Assembly (NCBI GenBank): GCA_951812955.1
Contig: OX638340.1
Span: 1,120,001 to 1,184,000 of the forward strand
Direction of reading: 5' to 3'
Length of the DNA stretch: 64,000 nt
Source of the DNA: an uncultured Gemmatimonadota bacterium
GTDB taxonomy: Bacteria > JAAXHH01
The notes beneath the pieces were generated by a model. It was not told the DNA's origin, did not search any database, and saw only the letters and a program-made list of their open reading frames with translations. The position numbers and the translations under genes were made by a program. Positions 9,492 to 18,334 of the stretch are shown piece by piece (positions within the stretch are counted from its first letter, which is position 1; each line of letters starts with the position of its first letter).

Positions 9492-10714
9492 TCCGACTCC
9501 TTGCGCATGAATGGTCCGTGCCGTTCAATCCAGTCGTAGGTCTCCTGCCACGGCGCGCTGCCGTCCTCTTCCCAGATCTCCAGCCTTACGCCGCGAATAT
9601 TGCCCTCGGGAAACCCGGTCAGGCGGCTGACCGAAGGATAGCCAATGGTATGGTATACGTTGCCGCTCGGTAGCATCAACTTTCCGATATGACGTGGAAT
9701 CTCGGTCTTCGGGTTCCCCGCGATACGCACCAGTTCCGCCTCGTCCACTTCCACACCCAGTCCGGGTCCTTCCGGCACCGGTGAGCTTCCGTCAGCCACC
9801 TCGATCCGGCCGCCGGTGACGTCCTCGCCGTACTGGTCGTCCAGGTTGACCGTGTGCATCACATTGGGGATCACCGCGCCGAGGTGGAGCGCCATGGCTT
9901 TGCTAAGCGTCCCCCCGGTCAGCTGGATCACGGTGGACACATTCGCCTCGGCACAGGCGAAGCCCCGTTTCAGACTCATGCCGATACCGTGCTCGCCGAC
10001 CATGTAGGCGTCGGCGCATCCGAGCGTGATCTCCGGTCCGCCGCCGAGTTGCGGTACGTGCATGAGCAGGGGGATCGTCGTCTTTTCCCGCAGGCGGCGC
10101 CATCCGTCCACGTCGCGCCAGACCAGGGGATCTTCGATCACGCCGACGACAGGAGACTTCTCCAGGTGTTCGACTATTCTCGCCACGTCGGCGCCCGACC
10201 GGTTGTGGTTGAAATCGTAGTGCATCTTGAATCCGGGAGGCGCGACCTCCTCCACCGCGCGGTTGTGCTCGTAGACATCGAAGAACGCGCATGTGTGCAT
10301 CTTGAACGCCATGTACCCCTCGTCCGCCGCGCGCACGACCTCGGCGGCCAGGTCTTCGGGAGATGTCGAGCGTGTCCACGCCGCGACCGGCACCCGGTCG
10401 CGAACCTTCTGACCCATGAGCTTGTAGGCCGGTATTTCGAGGTGTTTCCCCATGAGATCGTACAGGGCGCCCATGAGCGCTACCGGTAGTTTGGCGTTTA
10501 TGTGGTCGAAGGGATGGCTGCCGGTCAACCGGTCCACTTCCCTGATGTCCATCGTCACATGTCCCCGGCTTTCGCCGTAACCCACCACGCCGTTGTCCGC
10601 GGTCACCTTGAATACCGTCTGCGTATCGATTCCATTGAACAGGACCTTACGGCCCTCGTTGCGGTCGGCCAACCTGGGATTGATGTGTGTAATCGCGATA
10701 TCGGTGATTTTCAT
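9488..10714 (-). CDS. Enolase-superfamily enzyme (mandelate racemase/muconate lactonizing family) with a roughly 60-aa C-terminal extension
   Basis: True start is the ATG at 10714 (MKITDIAITHINPR...); the 580-aa track ORF has an Arg/Gly-rich spurious N-terminus. Motifs LEIPAYKLMGQKVRDRVPV, MHYDFNHN, GVIEDP, PGLGVEVDEAEL. Confidence 0.85.
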   Translation of the reverse strand: MKITDIAITHINPRLADRNEGRKVLFNGIDTQTVFKVTADNGVVGYGESRGHVTMDIREVDRLTGSHPFDHINAKLPVALMGALYDLMGKHLEIPAYKLMGQKVRDRVPVAAWTRSTSPEDLAAEVVRAADEGYMAFKMHTCAFFDVYEHNRAVEEVAPPGFKMHYDFNHNRSGADVARIVEHLEKSPVVGVIEDPLVWRDVDGWRRLREKTTIPLLMHVPQLGGGPEITLGCADAYMVGEHGIGMSLKRGFACAEANVSTVIQLTGGTLSKAMALHLGAVIPNVMHTVNLDDQYGEDVTGGRIEVADGSSPVPEGPGLGVEVDEAELVRIAGNPKTEIPRHIGKLMLPSGNVYHTIGYPSVSRLTGFPEGNIRGVRLEIWEEDGSAPWQETYDWIERHGPFMRKESE

Positions 10715-10752
10715 GGCCTGTCTCGTTTCCTTCCTGTTCTGCCGGGCATTTC

Positions 10753-11625
10753 CTATGAGTTCGCCAGCGACTTCGGCGTCCCCGCCTGATTCACCCCGTC
10801 CCGCACGGTGAGGGCGATCGGCCAGTTCTGCCCGCCCCGCTTTACGTACTCGTCCTCCGCACCGCATAGCCAGGTGAACATCTGTGCGGCGGCGAGCGCG
10901 CCCTGGAACTGTTCGAATACGCCGGCCGGGGGATTGAAGTCGATCGTATTGAAATCGATATCGTCCTGTTTTACCCAGTCCCGCACGGGCGGCGTGGTCC
11001 GCCAGTAGTTGTATTTGAGCAGGTTGCGATAGGCGCTCCTGCCCCGGGGGCCCGAGGTGGCTCGCGACCGGCGGTGCCAGATGCCGTAGACCGTAAGGAA
11101 GATCGTCCCCGCCGGGGCGGCCGTAGAAACCGTGCCGCGGATGGAACCCAGGTGGGCCATCATGGGCGCCTTGTTGCGCATGAAGTGCGAACCGGGCAGC
11201 ACGACGGTCGGCCCCATGTCCCCGGTGCATTCCTCCGGATAATAGAATACCTGAAGATACTCCAGCGCCGGGGTATAGATCGTACCGCCATCCCGGTGCC
11301 AGTTCTGCGGCTTGTCATATGGCAGCGGCCCCCGGTGATTGCTGATGATGAGCGGCAGCGTGAAATCGCGCCCCAGGAGCGACCGGACGGCGCCAGCCGC
11401 CTCCGGGTTCATGAGCACGCCGTCTACGAAGAACGACTCGCCCACGATTGGCGTGGGTTCGTAAGTGCTGTCACTGCGTTCCAGATAATCGACGACCTGT
11501 TCGTTGATCTCTTTAGGAACGACTTCCGGCAGCATCAGGAAGCCGTTGCGGCAGAAATCGACCACTTCGCGGTCCGTCATGGTCGCAGCGCAATCCATTT
11601 TCTTGCCGTAGGGCACCTTTGCCAT
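10753..11625 (-). CDS. Phytanoyl-CoA dioxygenase (PhyH) family Fe(II)/2-oxoglutarate oxygenase
   Basis: Start ATG at 11625 is preceded by AGGTGGAG. Has NWHRDG (H-x-D), VVLPGSH and a distal IWHRRS histidine. Confidence 0.8.
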   Translation of the reverse strand: MAKVPYGKKMDCAATMTDREVVDFCRNGFLMLPEVVPKEINEQVVDYLERSDSTYEPTPIVGESFFVDGVLMNPEAAGAVRSLLGRDFTLPLIISNHRGPLPYDKPQNWHRDGGTIYTPALEYLQVFYYPEECTGDMGPTVVLPGSHFMRNKAPMMAHLGSIRGTVSTAAPAGTIFLTVYGIWHRRSRATSGPRGRSAYRNLLKYNYWRTTPPVRDWVKQDDIDFNTIDFNPPAGVFEQFQGALAAAQMFTWLCGAEDEYVKRGGQNWPIALTVRDGVNQAGTPKSLANS

Positions 11626-11627
11626 GC

Positions 11628-12095
11628 CTATCTCCACCTTTCCAGGACGAACTCGTATCCCAGGCCGTAGTTGTCCTGTTCGTTCATGGCCAGGGATGCC
11701 TCCGGAAACTTGATGATGCGCCATCCGTCGTCCAGCGCTTCCTTGATCGACCGGTACCTGAAATCGCCGTTTTCGTCGAGGCCGTCGGAGTCCGCTCCAT
11801 CTTCGTAGATGCTGATACCGACCACGGCCGAGTGGGGGTTGGTCGAGGGTGCGTGCAAGTAGAGCAGACTCTGTTTAGACCCGGTCGAAGACTCCTGCGG
11901 CTGCAGCTGCGGTTGCGTCTGCTTCTGTGCCTGCGGTTGCTTCTGCGCCTGCGCCTGCTTCTGTGCCTGCGGTTGCTCCCGCACCTTTAACTGCCCCTGT
12001 GCCTGAGCCAGGGCCCGGTCAATGTCCTTGATATCAAGTTTTCCGTTTTTGAAACGCTTCCTGATTCGTTTCAATATCGCGGTCATTTTATCCAT
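11628..12095 (-). CDS. Hypothetical protein with a Gln-rich QAQKQ repeat linker
   Basis: ATG at 12095 with GAGG upstream. Sequence MDKMTAILKRIRKRFKNGKL..., then QPQAQKQAQAQKQPQAQKQTQPQLQPQ, then a roughly 80-aa C-terminal domain. Its stop lies inside the SD of the PhyH gene, 2 nt before its ATG. Confidence 0.5.
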   Translation of the reverse strand: MDKMTAILKRIRKRFKNGKLDIKDIDRALAQAQGQLKVREQPQAQKQAQAQKQPQAQKQTQPQLQPQESSTGSKQSLLYLHAPSTNPHSAVVGISIYEDGADSDGLDENGDFRYRSIKEALDDGWRIIKFPEASLAMNEQDNYGLGYEFVLERWR

Positions 12096-12277
12096 TCGTT
12101 CATCTACCTCATTACACACGCACACAATACACGCGCAGGCACGTGGCGGCCGGTCGTCCCCATGGCGGGAATGCCGGGCCTGGTCATTTAAGCTGGCTGT
12201 TGTCCGTTACGCGATTTCACGGAGAAATATGACCAACATAATCGGACGCCCGGCATGTGAAAAGAAGAAACGCTCAC

Positions 12278-13213
12278 CTATCGGCCCGCCAATCTTGCCA
12301 TGAGTATCAGGCTGCATTCTCCACAGACCAGCAGGGTGGCCAGGGTGAGGTGCATTACTTGCGCGGGTCGCGGCAGATCTCCGTAAGCAAGGGTGATGCC
12401 GATCAGGATTTGCAACATGATGCCGGCCAGGATGAGGCGGGCGACCGGAACCAGCCGGCTTCCGTGTGCGTGCCGCACGACGAATCGGTATACCAGGACG
12501 CCGGCAAGCAGGACTAGCCAGGAAGACAGCCGGTGTACGTGATCCACGAATCCCACCCGGGCCAGCCATTCGCCGCGGGGGAGGCCGCCGTCGTCTTTGA
12601 TGAAGGGATCGATGCCCTCACGGACCTGCGTGCCAAGGAGCAGTTGGATCGTCGTGACCGCCAGGAGTGCATACGCCAGCCGCAGGAGGACAGCGCGGGC
12701 TTCGGGCGCCATATTGACGCGGAACCGGGGTCCTGTGGACTGAAAGGTCACGTAGAGCAGGGCGCACAGCAGGATTACGGCGAGGAACATGTGCAGGGTA
12801 ATGATCCCGGGCTGGAGACCGGATCTGACCACCTGCCCACCCAGCCAGCCCTGGAAGCCGACCAGCACGAAACACAGGCCGGCGCCGTAGCAGACCGCGG
12901 GCTGTGTGCTTCGATATCGTAACGAACGCAGGAAGGTGACGAACACGAGTATTCCGATCACCACGCCCACGAGCCGGTTCGCGTATTCGATCCACATTTT
13001 GACGGGATTGAACGCGGCGATGTCGTAGCCCTTATCCAGTAGATAATCCCGGTCCAGGTCCTCGACGCTCGACGGCGGCAGCCAGGAACCCCAGCACCTT
13101 GGCCAGTCGGGACAGCCCAGGCCGGCCCCGGTGATCCGCACCAGGCTGCCGACGGATATCAGCAGAATCGTGGCTGCCAGCGTCGCCACGGCCGTTTTTT
13201 GAAAGGCGTTCAT
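12278..13213 (-). CDS. ctaA: COX15/CtaA family heme A synthase
   Basis: N-terminal VGSLVRITGAGLGCPDWPRCWG motif, 8 TM segments, and conserved His residues in the TM helices. Confidence 0.8.
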   Translation of the reverse strand: MNAFQKTAVATLAATILLISVGSLVRITGAGLGCPDWPRCWGSWLPPSSVEDLDRDYLLDKGYDIAAFNPVKMWIEYANRLVGVVIGILVFVTFLRSLRYRSTQPAVCYGAGLCFVLVGFQGWLGGQVVRSGLQPGIITLHMFLAVILLCALLYVTFQSTGPRFRVNMAPEARAVLLRLAYALLAVTTIQLLLGTQVREGIDPFIKDDGGLPRGEWLARVGFVDHVHRLSSWLVLLAGVLVYRFVVRHAHGSRLVPVARLILAGIMLQILIGITLAYGDLPRPAQVMHLTLATLLVCGECSLILMARLAGR

Positions 13214-13296
13214 GATAGGCCATCATAGACCGGCAGGCCACTTTCGGCAAGGAATATTGGACCGGTTGGCGCATGTACGGGAAGTCTGATTTGTAG

Positions 13297-13325
13297 TTGC
13301 CAATCAGGCCGTCCAATTGTATTTT
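13297..13325 (+). promoter_or_regulatory. Possible promoter of tRNA-Trp (TTGCCA-N17-TATTTT)
   Basis: Hexamers at 13297-13302 and 13320-13325; the tRNA starts 28 nt downstream. Confidence 0.3.
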
Positions 13326-13353
13326 ATGCGAAGCGGTACCGCGTGGTTATCGT

Positions 13354-13426
<73 letters not shown>

Positions 13427-13478
13427 TTCCCTTTAACATGCCGGGTGTTTCCCGGCGCTAAGCCGGAACGGACGGACC

Positions 13479-13844
13479 ATGTCATTCTACGAAGTGGAAA
13501 CCTGGGTTCCTAAGCCTGGCCGGAAGGTCGACCACGATGAAATGATCCGGACCTGGTTCGCCTTCGTCGAAGCCCACAAGGACGAACTGTTCCCCGAATG
13601 GCGGTCAGCCCGGTACTACCGCGAAGTGACGCGCGATACGGCCCGTGCCACCGGGCGATATGTCATGGTATTCGAGTACGTATCCCACGAAGGATTCCTC
13701 GCATACAAGGCGCGGCGCAAGGACTGGTCGGGACCCTATGCGGAATACAAGAAGGTGGATCCCTACCAGTTCTTCGACTTGGACACCGTCACCGAAACCT
13801 GCTGGATGCCCGAGGAACGGGACCGCTGGCTCGACTTCACCTGA
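13479..13844 (+). CDS. Hypothetical small cytoplasmic protein (121 aa)
   Basis: Protein-like composition (MSFYEVETWVPKPGRKVDHDEMIRTWFAFVEAHKDELFPEW...). No motif recognised. Confidence 0.55.
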   Translation: MSFYEVETWVPKPGRKVDHDEMIRTWFAFVEAHKDELFPEWRSARYYREVTRDTARATGRYVMVFEYVSHEGFLAYKARRKDWSGPYAEYKKVDPYQFFDLDTVTETCWMPEERDRWLDFT

Positions 13845-13863
13845 GGACAGATGGATACCGCAA

Positions 13864-14637
13864 ATGGATACCATGGAAAACAGGTTCATCCTCACACCGT
13901 ACTTCCTGGACCGGCACGACCCTGCGCTCCTTGAGCTTGCACAGGACGACTGGGTCGTGAACGCGCCCGCTCTGCACGGCGACGACGAGATGTCCCGGAC
14001 CCTGTGCGTGCATCGTCCGCTCGCCGACCGGGTGGCCGAAGCCGCCGAGGCCGGCAGGCGGCCTGTCAGCGTCGCGGGGGACTGCTGCGCGACCATTCCG
14101 GTCATGGCCGGGCTCCAGCGCGCCGGCATCCACCCGATATTCCTCTGGCTCGACGCCCACGGCGACTTCAACACCTGGGAGACCACCCCGAGCGGTTTCC
14201 TGGGCGGCATGCCGCTGGCCATGATGGTCGGCCTGGGGGAACAGACGATGGTCGAAAATGTGCGCATGGATCCGATTCCCGACGCGGACGTCATCATGTC
14301 GGACGGGAGAGACCTGGACCCCGGTGAACGAAAACTGGTCGATGGTTCCCGCTTGAGGCACCTGCCCGACCCACTGGACCTGCTCGACTGCGGCCTGCCG
14401 GACCGGCCGGTCTACATCCATTTCGACACGGATCTCCTCGACCCGGCGGAAGCGCCGGCCATGGGGTACCCGGCGCCGGGCGGACCAACGTCAGGCGACC
14501 TCGAAAAAGTCTTCCGCCACCTTGCGGAGCATTGCGAAATTGCCGCCCTCTCCATATCCACCTGGCGATCCAATATGGACGAAGACGGCAGGAGCAGAGC
14601 GGTATGCATGGGGCTCTTCGATATCCTGACCGGCTGA
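13864..14637 (+). CDS. Arginase/agmatinase/formiminoglutamase (ureohydrolase) family protein, variant metal site
   Basis: Start moved to the in-frame ATG at 13864. Has LDAHGDFNT (DAHxD) and HFDTDLLDP (DxDxxDP), but AGDCC where the family has GGDHS. Confidence 0.75.
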   Translation: MDTMENRFILTPYFLDRHDPALLELAQDDWVVNAPALHGDDEMSRTLCVHRPLADRVAEAAEAGRRPVSVAGDCCATIPVMAGLQRAGIHPIFLWLDAHGDFNTWETTPSGFLGGMPLAMMVGLGEQTMVENVRMDPIPDADVIMSDGRDLDPGERKLVDGSRLRHLPDPLDLLDCGLPDRPVYIHFDTDLLDPAEAPAMGYPAPGGPTSGDLEKVFRHLAEHCEIAALSISTWRSNMDEDGRSRAVCMGLFDILTG

Positions 14638-14652
14638 TCGGCACCTCCCGCC

Positions 14653-15864
14653 ATGTCCTCCACTGATGCCATCTTCAAAGATCTGGTCGTCATCGAGGCC
14701 GCGAACGTCCTGGCCGGTCCCGCCGTGGGCATGTTCTTCGCGGAACTCGGCGCGACGGTAATCAAGGCGGAGAACCCGAAGACCGGCGGCGACACGACCC
14801 GCCACTGGAAACTGCCGACGGAACGGCGGGATGGGGACGTATCCGCCTACTTCTCGTCGGTGAACTGGGGAAAGCGATCCATCGGGATTGATTATTCGAT
14901 ACCGGAAGGATTCGCCGTCCTCTGCGACCTGCTGGTGCGCGCCGACGTGTTCCTGCAGAGTTTCAAACCGGGCGACGCCAGGAAATTCAGGCTCGATTAT
15001 CCCACCTTGCGCCGGCTCAACGACCGGCTCATCTACGCCGATATCACAGCCTTCGGCCACGAGGACGAGCGGCCTGGGTTCGATGCCGTATTGCAGGCGG
15101 AGACCGGCTTCACCGGTATGAATGGCACCGATGAGAGTGGTCCGGTGAAAATGCCAGTGGCCCTGATCGACCTGCTCCTGGCCCACCAACTGAAAGAAGC
15201 CCTGCTCATCGCACTCATCGAGCGGATGCAGTCCGGGCGGGGGTCATACAATACCGTGTCGCTGTTCCACGCCGGCGTCGCCTCGCTCGCGAACCAGGCG
15301 GCAAACTTCCTGGTGGCCGGAACCGTGCCGGGCCGCGCGGGATCGGACCACCCGAATATCGCTCCCTATGGTACCATATACGAGACCCGTAACGGCGAGT
15401 CCGTCGTGCTGGCCGTAGGCACGGACAGCCAGTTCCGGGCGTTGTGTGATGTCCTGGGTGTACCCGAAGCGGCAGAAGACGAGCGGTTCAGGACGAACCC
15501 TCAGCGAGTGGTTCATCGCGGCGCGCTGAACCGGCTGCTGGAGGATCGGATAGGCCGGCAGGAGAGGACCTCCCTGCTGGCTGCCCTGCAGTCCCGGAAG
15601 GTGCCGGCCGGCGCGGTCCGGCCGCTGGACGAAGTGCTTGCGCGGGAGTCCGTGGCGCCGTTGCGACTGCGCGGGAGGCAATCGGACGGCACCTCGATCA
15701 ACGGGCTGCGCTCGATCGCCTTTGAAAGTGACGCCGTTTCGCCGCCGGAATGCCTGAACGCCCCGCCGGGATTCGACCAGGACCGTCAGTTTGTGCTCGC
15801 GGAAGTCCTGGGCTATACCGAGGACCGCATCGAAGGGTTAAAGAAGGCTGGTGCGATCCTGTAG
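14653..15864 (+). CDS. CoA-transferase family III (CaiB/BaiF)
   Basis: LVVIEAANVLAGPAVGMFFAELGATVIKAENPKTGGDTTR is the canonical N-terminus, and there is an internal catalytic Asp region (VALIDLL). Confidence 0.85.
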   Translation: MSSTDAIFKDLVVIEAANVLAGPAVGMFFAELGATVIKAENPKTGGDTTRHWKLPTERRDGDVSAYFSSVNWGKRSIGIDYSIPEGFAVLCDLLVRADVFLQSFKPGDARKFRLDYPTLRRLNDRLIYADITAFGHEDERPGFDAVLQAETGFTGMNGTDESGPVKMPVALIDLLLAHQLKEALLIALIERMQSGRGSYNTVSLFHAGVASLANQAANFLVAGTVPGRAGSDHPNIAPYGTIYETRNGESVVLAVGTDSQFRALCDVLGVPEAAEDERFRTNPQRVVHRGALNRLLEDRIGRQERTSLLAALQSRKVPAGAVRPLDEVLARESVAPLRLRGRQSDGTSINGLRSIAFESDAVSPPECLNAPPGFDQDRQFVLAEVLGYTEDRIEGLKKAGAIL

Positions 15865-16048
15865 TACAGCCGCTTACGGGATGCTTGGAGTAACGGATCC
15901 GGCGCCCCGCCCCGTATTCGATCCACGCGTTTCCAGGCAGCGGCAACCACCGTTGAAATGACCGGATTTTGGTTGCCAGTACAAGGCGAATCGTCGTATA
16001 TTAACACGGGTTTAGGAGGTGAGTGCCCGGAGCACACGGTGCACTGTT

Positions 16049-16885
16049 ATGTTAGAGTTCACTGCACCACGAAATACCCGGGGAACCTTGTTGGACATTG
16101 ATATCGCAGCCTACAGCGCGCGCATCGGCGTCGACGGACCATTGCCGCCGACGGCGGCAACGCTGCGCCGCCTGCACTATGCACATATGCTGGCCGTGCC
16201 CTTCGAGAACCTTGACATCCATTGGGGCCGCCCGATTGTGCTGGAGGAAAGGCGTCTATTCGAGAAGCTCGTGACGCAGCGCCGCGGCGGATTCTGTTAT
16301 GAGCATAATGGCCTGTTTGCAGCGGTACTGCGCGAACTCGGCTTTGCGGTCGACCTGCTGGAGGCGCGCGTGGGCGCGAAAGGCTGGGACGACGGCCTCC
16401 CCTGGGACCACCTGACGCTGCTGGTCGCACTGAAGGAACGCTGGCTGGTGGACGTGGGCTTTGGCGACGGATTCCGCGAGCCGCTGTTACTTGACGATGC
16501 GGTGCCACAGACGCGCGCGGAGGGCATCTGGCGTGTGCAACACGACGGCTGCGAGGGCCGGCATTCAAGCCGCACGCCGGCAGGTGACTGGAAACCCGAG
16601 TATCGCTTTCGGCTGCGGCCATGTCAGCTGGCGGACTTCAAGCCCGGTTGCGATTATCATCAGAACTCGACGGAGTCTCATTTTACGCAGCAGCGCATGT
16701 GTTCGCTTGCCACGAAGACGGGGCGTATTACGCTGAGCGACCGGCGCCTGATCGTGACGGAGGGGTTTTCGTCACGGGCCACCGCCAGCGACAATTCGGG
16801 AGACGCCAGGCGCCAGGAACGGGATTTTGCGGATGAAGCGGAGTTTCAGCAGGTGTTGCGGGAGCGCTTCGGGATCGTACCCTGA
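16049..16885 (+). CDS. Arylamine N-acetyltransferase (NAT) family
   Basis: AYSARIGVDGP...LRRLHYAHMLAVPFENLDI...RRGGFCYEHNGLF (catalytic Cys) ...WDHL...VDVGFGD. Start is uncertain (GTG 16019 or ATG 16049). Confidence 0.8.
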   Translation: MLEFTAPRNTRGTLLDIDIAAYSARIGVDGPLPPTAATLRRLHYAHMLAVPFENLDIHWGRPIVLEERRLFEKLVTQRRGGFCYEHNGLFAAVLRELGFAVDLLEARVGAKGWDDGLPWDHLTLLVALKERWLVDVGFGDGFREPLLLDDAVPQTRAEGIWRVQHDGCEGRHSSRTPAGDWKPEYRFRLRPCQLADFKPGCDYHQNSTESHFTQQRMCSLATKTGRITLSDRRLIVTEGFSSRATASDNSGDARRQERDFADEAEFQQVLRERFGIVP

Positions 16886-17046
16886 TCCAGGATCTGGCGA
16901 GCCGCCGGCTGCTGATCGGCCGGACGCGTTCGTGTTCTAAGTTTTCATGGTCATCTCTCGGGCAACTGCGCTACTTGCAAGGTCCACAGAGCAACTGAAC
17001 TACTTGCCGAAGCGCCGGGATTCGACAATCACGCGTACCTAACCAA

Positions 17047-17448
17047 ATGCGAAGGAATATGAGCGAATTAATCATTGTTGGCGACCGCGTACTGGTGGAG
17101 CAGCACGACGGCGAGCAGCTCACCCATTCGGGACTTTACCTGCCCGCCACGGTTACGGAAAAGGAAAAGGTGGGAACCGGAAGGGTTGTCCGCGTGGGAC
17201 CGGGGCACCTGATGCCCAATCCCGATTACACCGAGGGAGACCCGGTTACGAAACCGGCCGAATCAGTGCGTTACCTGCCCCTGCAGGCCGAGACCGGAGA
17301 TTTCGCTTTCTACCTGCGCAAGGAGTCCATCGAGATCAATTACCAGGAGAAAACTTACATAATCGTACCTCACAACGCCATTCTGGCCTTGGTGCGATCC
17401 GACGGGAACGTGCTGCAGGACCTCGAGGACCTGCTCGGTGAATCGTAG
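17047..17448 (+). CDS. GroES/Cpn10-like co-chaperonin family protein (stand-alone, with an insertion)
   Basis: IIVGDRVLVEQ...SGLYLP......GRVVRVGPG pattern. No groEL nearby. Start could be ATG 17047 or 17059. Confidence 0.6.
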   Translation: MRRNMSELIIVGDRVLVEQHDGEQLTHSGLYLPATVTEKEKVGTGRVVRVGPGHLMPNPDYTEGDPVTKPAESVRYLPLQAETGDFAFYLRKESIEINYQEKTYIIVPHNAILALVRSDGNVLQDLEDLLGES

Positions 17449-17579
17449 CCGGACCGCGTGAACGGGAAGCGGCCTTCGCGGGAGCCCTCGGTCCTACGGC
17501 GCAGGCCCACGACAGGGCGGCGCAGGCCCTGAGCCCATCGAATAACATTTGATAAACCCGAGAGAAGGAGCGTGAAACA

Positions 17580-18287
17580 ATGAACAGGACGGCGGCCTAC
17601 ACGGTCCAGCGTGGCATACCCGTCTCGCAACTGGGCGTCGACGCGAGAGGGGCGTTTATCACGCGAACCTACACCCATCTTCTCGGGGCGATCCTGGCAT
17701 TCGCCCTGATTGAGATCTACCTGTTTCAGACCGGCATGGCGGAGTCGATCGCCCGCGTGCTGCTCAGCGGGTCCTGGCTCATCGTACTGGGCGGTTTCAT
17801 GATCCTGAGCTGGATTGCGACCCATCTCGCGCACAATGCGCAGACCAAGGGGGGTCAATACGGCGCGTTGGGGCTGTTCGTCGTGGGCGAAGCCATTATC
17901 TTCACGCCGCTGCTCTACCTTGCGGATTCCATGGCGCCCGGCGTGATCAACAGCGCCGCCACGGTTACGCTCATCGGGTTTCTCGGGCTGACGATCGTGG
18001 CCTTTCATACCCGCAAGGACTTTTCCTTCCTCGGCGGGCTGCTGCGGTGGGGGTTCATCTGCGCCCTCGTGCTGATCGTAGCCAGCGTGCTATTCGGATT
18101 TCATCTGGGAACGATCTTCACCGTGGCCATGATCGTACTGGCGGGCGGCGCGATCCTCTACGACACGTCGAACGTCCTGCATCACTATCCCGAAGACCGG
18201 CACGTGGGCGCGGCGCTTCAACTCTTCGCCTCCGTGGCGCTGTTGTTCTGGTACGTCCTGCAGTTCTTTCTGTCGTCGAGAGACTGA
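17580..18287 (+). CDS. Bax inhibitor-1/YccA family membrane protein
   Basis: [20 protein letters not shown] start, 7 TM segments, and a C-terminal DTSNVLH...[12 protein letters not shown] pattern. Confidence 0.85.
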   Translation: MNRTAAYTVQRGIPVSQLGVDARGAFITRTYTHLLGAILAFALIEIYLFQTGMAESIARVLLSGSWLIVLGGFMILSWIATHLAHNAQTKGGQYGALGLFVVGEAIIFTPLLYLADSMAPGVINSAATVTLIGFLGLTIVAFHTRKDFSFLGGLLRWGFICALVLIVASVLFGFHLGTIFTVAMIVLAGGAILYDTSNVLHHYPEDRHVGAALQLFASVALLFWYVLQFFLSSRD

Positions 18288-18334
18288 AACATCTCGACGG
18301 GGCGCGTCAGTTAACCAATCGGAGAGGTACCGTT

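Noticed and set aside
9488-11230. 580-aa version of the enolase-family ORF
   Set aside because: The first 172 residues are Arg/Gly/His-rich and overlap the PhyH gene. The family-typical N-terminus MKITDIAI starts at the internal ATG 10714. Similar spurious N-terminal extensions were trimmed at 6874, 7737, 11724, 13645, 18047, 23556, 28441, 31003, 39934, 43076, 49351, 51268 and 52504.
17499-17528. Duplicated GGCGCAGGCCC motif after the GroES-like gene, considered as a terminator or repeat
   Set aside because: Only two 11-nt copies, with no convincing stem-loop or U-tract. Too weak to call.
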